A DNA stretch of 57,384 bases, the filler included, from Sphacelaria rigidula (lineage: Eukaryota): NCBI GenBank assembly GCA_964200075.2. It is 6 parts of 6 records of this genome, joined end to end, with 100 filler letters (N's around TTAATTAATTAA, not from the genome) between each part and the next. Parts side by side here need not be neighbours in the genome. Positions count along the whole stretch, not along the records: positions 47,905 to 57,384 come from CAXNAA020008398.1; 5 more parts are not named here. One strand, given 5' to 3'. Position 1 is the first letter of the stretch, and every line of letters starts with the position of its first letter. Both the position numbers and the translations under genes were made by a program. Of this stretch, positions 47,905 to 57,384 are shown in pieces. A model generated the notes under the pieces. The model saw only the letters and a list, made by a program, of their open reading frames with translations, ran no database searches and was not told the origin of the DNA.

Positions 47905-50900
47905 AAACCCCCTATCAACTTGGCGCAGTACACGCGCCGCCCTGCTCTCGAGAGCTTCGGCCCTAGAGATTGCTAATGACCACTCGACCTGGGCTAACCT
48001 ACAGATCACATACCATTCACCATAATTTCTGGTGAAAACCTTGATCCACCGGTGGATCACCCGCCGTCCGATATCGCTGTCAGCCCCACTGACCCCGATC
48101 AATTCACCTTGCCTCATCATGGTCCATATCTTGTCGGACGTAAAGTGCAAGTCGATCCTGCCACTTTTACACCTCGCGTGGCGATCCACTCTGGTCCGTA
48201 CGCCACCACGCCTCCAAAATGCGTATCCCTGTTGGATGGTGGCAGCTCACAAACATTTATTCGTGAATCAATTTCGCAACACGTTAACCCTTTGGGAACC
48301 CAGGAACATTTTTTGTTTTTGTGAAATCGGTATCATTTTGACTTGAAAATGACTGAGAATGATGCCGATGCACAAAAACAAGAATCGTCACTGCGTTCCC
48401 AAAGGGTTAAATGAATTAACGCTGCTGCAGCAATTTGTGAAATCACCACCCAGCCTCGTGTACGGGGCAACTTTGGTGACTCTACCACATGTTCGACTGC
48501 ACGCAAATCCGTGCGACTCAGTATGTAATTTTTTCACAACAGAACTTGTTCTGCCAGCCATGCAGTCTGGGCATATATTGTTCCCGACAGCACCATGAAC
48601 CACGCCTTGCTACTGGGCAAAGTAGTTACATGCGGTTTGATCACCGAAGAAAAACTCAACCTTGAACACTTTGGTACACTCCACGGCGCCTTGGTCTACC
48701 AAGATAATGATCAAGCTACCAGAGCTGTTTATCACCTACAATACCACGGCCGTGCTGGTCTTACCCTCTCCGATGATCCTCAACCGCTTGAAGTTGCACT
48801 CGTTCACCAAAATGGCATGCCTGCCCTTACCGGACATTACTTTGCCGAAATGCTTCCTCAGGTTGGTGCGCCGGCTGGCACCGAGCATTTCGCCTCAGCA
48901 GGAAAACTACTCCTTCCCCCCACGGGGCATACTAATTTGCAACTTAGCGATGTTTTGATAATTGCTGCTGCTCCCCTAATGCATATCCCGCTGGAGACAT
49001 GTGTAACTGATCCCCCGGCACCCAACCCTGCGCCTCCGTCAGACTGCTCTGCCAATTACATCGATAAGCCTCACTTCGACCTGACCTCTTCGTTTCCATC
49101 CCATGTTCACACTGTGGATCCTGCTCGGTCAACTTCCAACCCTCCTGACGAAGTGCTCGATTCCCCTTCACCAGAATCTCGGAATAATTTATTGCAAATG
49201 TGGCACTAAATCCTACCCCGTTTGCGTGACATTAATCTTGACCTTCATGAGCCCAGTTGGGAACCCGCTGTCACAAAATAATTGAGCGATGTCTTACTGA
49301 AGTACTAAGACCGATTTCCTTTATCCAAGACGGATCTCGGGCATTGAAAAACGCTGCCCTTTCAGATCACGCTTCAACCTGGTGTTTCGCCAGTCTCTTC
49401 TCGACCGCATGGGACAAATCCGATCCTTACTAAAAGAGGCCAGTGTCATCGTCGATGCATACTTAGTAGCCGGTTGAATCAAGCACTCCTCCTCTTCATG
49501 GGCTTCGCCACTCGTGATCGCCCCCCCAAAAGATGGAAACATATCATCGCCGTCAGTTATAAACGGCTGAATCGCGTCACTATTGTGGAAAAAATCCCGA
49601 TCCATCGCATCGATGAAGTCTTCGATTCCTTAGACGAAGGGAATATATTTAGTATCTTCGATCTCGCTTCTGGACTTTTCCAGAATGCCATTTACTCTGA
49701 CACAGTTCCGTTGACAGCGTGCGGTACATCTTCCCGGCTCTACAAATGGCTCCGATTTTCCCCAAGGCGCCGCCACTGCGCCAGGTTGCTTCCAACGCCA
49801 AATGCAACGCGTCACAGAAGGCCTCGAGCACGTCGTCGTGTACTTGGACGATGCTATAGCTTTTTATGCCTCGCCTGTTGCACATGTACGCACTCTACGA
49901 CAACGTCTTTCTCGCGTGCGGACGCACGATTCGAAACTTTCTCCATCCAAAGCCCGCCTTGACGCGACTGAATTGATTTTCCTGGGACATTCCATTCCTT
50001 CAGGGGGGCTGCACCCGGATACCAACGATTTCAGGGCAATGGCTGAAATGCCGATGTCCGCCAACATTTCCTAGCCTCGCTTACTGTTGGGTGGACTCTC
50101 CTACTACCACACCTTTTTTTGTCACACCTGTCCAAACGGATTCACCCCCTTACATACTTACTTAATAGAGACGCAGCGTTTTCTTCACAACTGACATAGA
50201 AACTATCGTTCGTGATGTGTTGAAGACGCTTGACCGAAACAATATTCTCTACTTGCAGACAGTGATGCCGTACAAGATGGCTCTCTTCTCTTCCAACTGC
50301 ACACTGACGCTAGCATCGACGGGTTCGGCACAGTTCGCAACCAACCCCAACTCGATGACTCCATCCGACCCATCCTTTATATCAGCCGCGCCACCCCGCC
50401 GAACGAGGCCAACTGGAGTCCGCTAGAGCGGGAAGGCAGGGTCATCACTTGGGCCACAAACCGTCTTCGACAGGATTTGTCCCACGCGCCTTTCCACAGT
50501 TACACGGATCACGAACCACTCGAAGAACTCGCTAAGGTTGACAAAGGTAATCTGCGCGTACAAAGCTTGTCGGAGTTCCTGACAGTTTATCAGTCTACGG
50601 CTGAGCATCGCCGAGGTAAAACCAACGGGAATGCTGACCTTCTCTCCTGACTACCCCCACCCCCGACGGCAGTAGACTTCAGCCCGGCTCGCCATTTAGC
50701 TGAATCCGATGAACCAGGCGTCTACCCTATCCGGTGTTTTTCCTCTCCTGTTTACGCCCTTGACCTTCATTGCCCAGAGACGGGTATGCACATGGGAAAT
50801 CCTCGCCCACTACCATACGATGCAATCTTGGGTGGGCTAAAGCCCATAACCACCGATTTCGTCAATTTCCGCGCCTTCGGTCCCCGCGCAAATATTTTCA

Positions 50901-53294
50901 CCCAGCCACCCTCAGTTATCCATCTCATTCTCGACAATACGTGCTCTCGGCCTGCCGCCCGCGCAAGTCCCCCACGCGTCCCGCCACCACTGACAGCACC
51001 TGCTGATCCCACGAGCTACGCAGCGCCGGATCCACAAAATCGCACGTCACGCCCCTCGTCAACGCCCATCATGCACAATGCATGCGTTCAAGCATCGATC
51101 ACGCTCTCCGGCGTGCACTACTACAACAATGCCACCCTCCGCGGCACCGTCAGTGGCCACCCCTCCTGATGATGGAGTGGGTGCCTCGGACCCTGATCCC
51201 GATGTGGATATACACGTTGGCACCCCTTCCCCGTCACCTGCCCCATCATTTCCTGAGCCACCATGGTTGGTCGGCTCTCCAGCGGAAAGCCAACTGCGCG
51301 AGTTTCTCGGTAGCTACTCCCAGGGAGATTGGGTTCGTGAACAAAAGCGAGACCATCCTGCTGCGCAGCAATGCGGTACTTACAGCTTGGCTGCCTTGTC
51401 CCTATCCCGGCCAATATTCTGGCTCCAGTTGGTACACTGCCGCCACCACACATCCCCGAGGTGCACGAACTCGCGCCTAATGGCACCATTTTCACCTTTG
51501 GTGACGATGTTCAGCTGCTTGCTTCGACCGCGACCACCGGACGACGTGCGCACCTGCTCGATGACGAACCCATCTGGGTATATGTTTCATTTTTCATCCA
51601 CCCGTGGGTCATGAAAGGCTGCTACACTGACTTGCCGTGTCATCTTGGTGTCGTGCGCAACTGAGCGTTCCTTGAAACGTTTTACTGTTGGACCAGTATG
51701 GAATTCTCCAGTCGTTTTTGGATTCGGCAGTGCTTCGCGTGCAAAGCCCGCACAACGTCACGATAGACAATACGTTTGCCCGTCATTTCTATGGAACTTC
51801 CCAATACCCCTGGTCACTGTGTATCGTTTGACTATTACGGTCCTTTACCGACCACTGATCGTGGCAACATCTACATGTTACTCTTCACCGACCGCTTTGG
51901 CCGCCATGTCTCCATGTACGCAGTGACCGCTCGAGATTTGACAGCCCCAGGCACAGCTGACATCCTAGTTCACGGCTACATTCAGCCTCTCCGATAATAT
52001 TCGCACTGAACGCGTTAACCACATCATGGCCCAGATGTCATCTGTGGTTGTCAACAATGATCAAAACGATTGGAATCTCCATCTTTCGCATGCCATGCTC
52101 TTTTATACCCACACAGTCAACGCCACTACCAGACTTTCTCCGAACGAACTGCATCTCGGACGCTTCCCCCGCTTGCCCATCACCGTGTTTGAGCGACACA
52201 ATTTCGATGGCCACCAAGGCCTGGATCAGGATCAGAAATCCTACCATTACCTAGCGCGTTTACGACAGCATAAAAATTTCACCCTTGTGCGTAAATAACA
52301 CACTATCAACACCTCGCGTCTTGAGAGATCCAATACTGCTCTCTATAACTGGATGCACAGACGCCCTGGCTGGAACGTTGGTGATTGAGTCTGGACTATC
52401 AACAATTTATCGACCATCCGCCGCCAACAGAGTCGCCAACGAGACAGTTTTAGAGACTAAACTGTGCCTCCATTGGACAGGGCCATTTAAGGTCCTGACG
52501 GTCGGACCCTCGCCATCGTCACCTGATGCAAACCCTGTGGGAGACACACTTCTTTATCTTGACCTCCCTCGCGACCTTCAGGGACATGACGCTAAATCCC
52601 GCGTCTCTGTGAACCGATGCAAGCCCTACACGAACCCGTATGGCACTAATGGCACGCACAAAATATCTGCCTGCCGGTCTCACACAAAACGTGCTTAACA
52701 GCTAATCGACCGACTCACCGTCTTATCACGTTACCACCGACGACGCGACCGGACAACTTCTCCGCCTGGCCGTGCCCCATATCTCTGGCCACCAGATTAC
52801 TCGCGGTCTAGGAGGTAAGATTGCTATCTTGTGCAAAATCCACTGGCGGGAATCCAAACTTCAGTTGCGCCGCTGTGCTACCCTTGAATACTGGACGCAA
52901 CCCCAGCAGCAACATGTTGCTAACAACAAGAAATACCGCAACATGCGCCGCGGCGCTATAGCCTGTAAACTCTGCTGTGACAAAGGTTTGCGCTTTGTCA
53001 CCGATGGGTACGAGTTGGTACCCCCCAAGCATTGGGAAGAAAGGGTCCGCGCAAAATAGGGAGTCCTCCCCACTCCCCAAAGGCGCCTATTTGTATTACA
53101 AAGGCAGCAACAACCTCTGCTGGCTGGGCCAGACCCACTCCGCCGACCTGATCTCGACCGACACATACATCGCGCGCTTCATCGATAACCCTGGACCCGT
53201 GCAGCTCAAGCTCCGCTCAGAGCTACACACCACCAGCCAATCCGCGCCACGAAGATCTTGGTGCCTCCAGCGGCTTAAGTCCAAAGGCCTCTGA
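47905..53294 (+). mobile_element. Decayed Ty3/Gypsy LTR-retrotransposon pol (PR-RT-RNaseH-IN), many stops and frameshifts
   Basis: Protease LLDGGSSQTFI (48229); RT PIHRIDEVFDSL, FSIFDLASGLFQ, YLDD (49841) and FLGH; RNase H LHTDAS (~50300); integrase CHLGV..C..CKAR, VSFDYYGPLP..GNIYMLLFTDRF, TERVNH and WTGPFKV. Integrase after RNase H is the Gypsy order. Confidence 0.93.
48288..48406. mobile_element. 119-bp piggyBac-type MITE inserted in the Gypsy protease
   Basis: Perfect TTAA duplication (48284-48287 and 48407-48410) and 12-bp TIR CCCTTTGGGAAC / GTTCCCAAAGGG. Confidence 0.92.
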
Positions 53295-55252
53295 CGAGGA
53301 ATTCAGCGCAATATCAATCGCACACATGATCTCAACACACCGCTTTGAGCTACCACTCAACCTCCTGCTTTTACCCGTGACATGTTTCTCTTCTCTTCTT
53401 CCGCTATCGTTTGGAAAAACTCACCTGCTTTTTTTATTCAGGAAAAACAATTTCCACGACATCAACGCCCACAACAGCCTAAAAACGGAGATTTTTCGGA
53501 GCACAGCAAGCGGACCAAGAACGGAGCTTGCCTGGAGCACACCCACCCACGACTACCGGAGCTTTTAGTATTCTCGCTCTTGACTTGTGTGGCTGGCGCT
53601 GCACCCTCTTTAGTCTTTGAATTCCTGATAACCTTGCTTTCCTCGGCTTGGCTCATGCGTTCCTCGCATGCGTTCTGGTGATTCAATTTGGTATCACCGA
53701 CGTAGGTGTTGTGTCCCCTGCTACACCTTCCTGGCTTGCCTCTCTACATGGCTAGCGCGTCGAAACATTTCGTGCTCTTCCGTTTGGGTGTTCGCTAGCC
53801 CGCGGCATCAGTTTGTGCTCCTTCATTTTCAAGTGCAATAGCGCTTTTTGGAGAAGATTTTGCTTCACTTCTTTGTGGTGTGGGAATCTCAGGTAAAGGG
53901 TTGGACATTGCCCTACTGGTCTTGGGTGTGTGCTCTTTCCCAGTCACAAGGATTGGGTTTTATCCGCCATTTTCCTTTTCTGATGCGCCTTTCTTGCCAC
54001 TCCTGGCTTCACGTAAGAAGATAGCCTCAAGTTTCGTTGTTTTTCGAGGCTCGTCTGGGTTGGCAAGTGTCATGAGGTTGGAAGGCATTATTAACAAGAG
54101 GAGGACTGTGGTGCTGCAGGTCTCATCAGGCTGGATCACACTTGAAATACGAGTTTGATTCAAAAAGGTACAGTCACCTAGCGTCTTAGCTTTCGAGTCA
54201 CTCACGACCTTAGCTCGGAAGGCGAAGCATCGCAAGCCAGTCAGTGCGGTGGGACAACTGAAAGAGCTCTGAGCAGAGCGATAAAGAATACGAGTGAACG
54301 AGAGTCGTATAGATCAAGTAGATATCAATCTACCTATTGCGTGAGATTGTGACTGGGGTGCACATTGAATCGTATTACGCATGATTTCTGCAGCAGACCG
54401 CCTCGGTCTGCTGCGTTTTTTTGCCATCGTGCTTGCTCACGCGCATGCTCACCCCACTTCGATACGGTGAGAAATGTGACGGCAAGAACGGATGCTTTGA
54501 CTACTGATCAAGTAGGTGTAAACAGGACGGCGCTAGGCGTGGGCATTTTTGCCGCCAACATGAGGCGCGAACTGAGTGTTCGACAAGCACTATGAAGCAC
54601 GTGTTCCATGAATTCCTAACTGAAGCAGACCTTGCACACGAAGGCACGACACGTAACGCGGAATGCCGCAACGTGTGTAAATTGTGGGATGGTGACCAGG
54701 CCGACCTGGTGCCACTGAGATTACCGCAGCAAGGAAGGCAGATCTTACCCTTGTCTCTCTCTATCGTCGTTCCAGAGGGAAGTTGACGTACAAGGGATAG
54801 TGGAGGATTCGCGGAAGAGGCATTTACCGTTTACTCGCGAGCCCTCCCCCCGTGTGTCGTCCTATAATTTGCACCCTCTTTCTTCGGTGTAATGACTGAG
54901 AGTATCTGCATGCATTGCACGCTGGACGAGAAAGATTGATACAAACATGTGTTGTTTCTAGAATGCACTGAGTTGCATCCTGCACTGATGATGGGCTTGT
55001 TCCTGGTGTACCATCTCCTGTCTGGAGTCTTGTCGGCAGATTTTGTTTGTCTGTCTAAATCGTTCTTATCCCGGCGTTCTTCTTAGAACTCCTCTGCCTC
55101 TTTGTGTCTGACATTCCAGATTTCGATACGATTCTGGTTTGTATTATTTCCACGCTAGGTTCCTTCACAGCTACTGTATTTGTGCGGTTTGCTTACGTCA
55201 TAATTGTCAAATTTGACATTGTATTTGAATGCATATACGGCCGGGAAGGTAA

Positions 55253-55722
55253 GACCCACTTTTATGGCAACGAATCTCGACTTGTACAAATATGAGGATC
55301 TTAGCCCGTCTACAGGCGATTTTCTCCCGTGGATTGATTTTTCTGACCCCAGTCCATTGGGCAAAGTATTTCGGCTAGCTGTGGGCAAACCAGATAACTT
55401 CTCCGATTCTCTGGACACGTACTTTCGGTGAACCACCTCTCTGCTCAAATCGGGAGACTCTCGTATCTCCCCCGATTTGAAAGAAAAATAGGGGGGGAAC
55501 CGGGCGAGAAGCGGGAGTGTCCCGATATCAACAGAAAGGTAATGTATCGAAAGTCAACACCCAGAAAATCGGAGAATTGATCTGGTTTGCTCACAGCTAG
55601 CCAAAAAACTTTGCCCAACGGACTGGGGTCCGAAAAATGAATCCACGGGAGAAAACCGCCTGTAGACGGGCTCAAATCCCCATATTTGTACAAATCGAGA
55701 TTCGTTGCCATAAAAGTGGGTC
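55253..55722. mobile_element. 470-bp PIF/Harbinger-type MITE with ~175-bp TIRs
   Basis: GACCCACTTTTATGGCAACGAATCTCGA... at 55253-55430 is mirrored at 55545-55722; TAA flanks on both sides (55250-55252 and 55723-55725). Confidence 0.9.
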
Positions 55723-56814
55723 TAACAACAGTATCCCTCCATGATAAGATATCCGACCGTGATGTCTATGAGCGCTGTTCATCTGACACGCTCATTTTGC
55801 TTGGACTCAAGAACTCTAGACTCTGTTTTTGTCATTTTTGCGATAGAACAAAACATGACAAAAGTATTACACACTTCAAACCCCAATCCCTGCGAGACGT
55901 ACCCCGTGCAGTATTCTTCAACCCAACTCGTACTGTCAGTCAGGTTGACCCTGCCTTCGACTCCGACGATTATGATACTATTGCTGCTTTACCCCCTTCG
56001 GGGCTGTCCAACCTTCACTCCGCATAGTGACCGTCCCACCTTTTGTACCCCGATCCCCCTCTCGCTTGAGTGACAGGGCGGCGGTTGGGAAAGTCGATCG
56101 ATCTAATGCGGAGCACGCCTACTGGTATTGATAGTGCAAGCTTTCACTCTCGTGTATGATTTACGTGTTCCCGGTGATGGGTGAGGTGGCCGTTCTCGCC
56201 AGAGATGCAGCCTACTCTCCCGTGCTTCTTGGCAAGTGCAGCATGATAATGCCTCCAGAAGAGAGTAAGCCTTACTCATGAGCATTCTCGTGTCGCACAA
56301 CGAGAGAGTACGTAATTCTACGTGCGTCCTCTATCCTTAGAATCCTTGGATGCCTGCATAAACAACGTTCTCATACCGAAGGCTAACTGTGTGGATACAC
56401 TGCACGACACATCAGCCCTCTATCAGCGCGCTCTAACCAACATGTATCCCTCACCAGCAAACACCGCCCTGTCTCAACCACTGAAAACGATGCCGGATGT
56501 ATGCCCAACTCGTACACGGTACACGACGACACATTGCACCTGATGGCCACTAGGTAGTACAGCTCCACGTTATCCCTATGGTAATAACGTAAGGACTAGC
56601 CGTCCCCGTGTTCCGCCCTGTCCAAAGACGGTTTTACCATCTACTGTAACATACATTTTTTTCTCTGAGAAGCGACGTGATGCCAATTTGCTGGGGTTTT
56701 TTCAAGACTCAGACTTATTGGGCAGACCTGATACCTGACTTCTACATGTTCAACATTTACACGGAATGAAGCGTGACACGCCTTTCCACTGCTGAAGAGT
56801 CCGACCACCACCGT

Positions 56815-57030
56815 CTACCATCTACCGCTGAGCTCCTTCTGTCTCCTCTTTTTCTCTTCGCCGGCGGCAAGCGCCGCTGCAAGAGATTCTTGCCCTTTCG
56901 ACGCCGCGGCCGCTTCTTCCTTCGCCACCTCGGCTTTCCTCTTCCTATCTTCTTCGAGTCCTCTCGCCACATCCGCCTCCTTATCGGCGGCGGCTTTCAT
57001 ATGTTTCTCCACCTGCCTCTTGGCGAGGAT
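56815..57030 (-). CDS. Probable terminal exon of an unknown gene (charged helical C-terminus)
   Basis: Pyrimidine-rich acceptor ...ccccattttccgatgcacgtag, then ILAKRQVEKHMKAAADKEADVARGLEEDRKRKAEVAKEEAAAASKGQESLAAALAAGEEKKRRQKELSGRW-stop with GC3-rich codons. Confidence 0.65.
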   Translation of the reverse strand: MLAKRQVEKHMKAAADKEADVARGLEEDRKRKAEVAKEEAAAASKGQESLAAALAAGEEKKRRQKELSGRW

Positions 57031-57309
57031 CTACGTGCATCGGAAAATGGGGACAAATGTGTGCATGTGACGGACGAGGAGGGGAGGAGGGGGGGCAGTT
57101 GAGCGTTCGCCCTCAGTTTTTAACATCATTCATGTGAAATTCGGGGCGTAGGACTATCCTCATTGAATCACAAAGCCGAATAAGTGAGGTCACATCTCCC
57201 CCTACAGAAGTTGGGGCCCTAGTGTAATTTCTCTAGTGCTCGTACTCATCCTTCTCCTTCAGGGCCTTCAAGCGTCCCAGGCAAGATGAACGACTTGGAT
57301 CGAAACGGA

Positions 57310-57384
57310 GTGTTGTCGTCCCATTTATTCTGGGCGACAGCCTGCCCCTTTCGGGATATGTGGGCACATCAGCCGGGGTCACAC
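57310..57384 (-). mobile_element. 3' part of tRNA-derived SINE (truncated by contig end)
   Basis: gtgttgtcgtcccatttattctgg...atatgtgggcacatcagccggggtcacac is the reverse of the family tail. Confidence 0.8.

Noticed and set aside
53300..54900. 3' LTR of the Gypsy element
   Set aside because: No second LTR in the contig to compare with, and no clear polypurine tract or TG...CA boundary identified.
55204..55711. Duplicated MATNLDLYKY peptides on opposite strands as a gene pair
   Set aside because: They are the two arms of the MITE inverted repeat.

Overview
This window is not one locus. It is six unrelated contigs of almost identical length (9481, 9481, 9481, 9481, 9480 and 9480 bp), joined by five 100-nt N-TTAATTAATTAA-N linkers. 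The contigs are 1-9481, 9582-19062, 19163-28643, 28744-38224, 38325-47804 and 47905-57384. The DNA is eukaryotic, with spliceosomal introns, TTAGGG repeats and abundant SINEs/MITEs; a brown alga (Phaeophyceae) is my inference. Contig 1 holds a decayed multi-exon coiled-coil gene with short introns. Contig 2 holds a complete 8-exon class I SAM-dependent methyltransferase gene (303 aa, minus strand) that needs a GC-AG intron. Contig 3 is an unidentified coding relic. Contig 4 holds four exons of a Nup214/Nup159-like nucleoporin with SKPSFG repeats and an unusual 8-copy [YF]PPMSxxAPS motif. Contig 5 is a mosaic of tRNA-derived SINEs and MITEs, one carrying (TTAGGG)5. Contig 6 holds a decayed Ty3/Gypsy pol whose integrase tail seems to carry chromo-like and Tudor-like modules, a Harbinger-type MITE with long TIRs, and one terminal exon. 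I found no CRISPR array, rRNA or intact tRNA, and no demonstrably new multi-gene system. All family assignments come from motif recognition by eye, not database searches.
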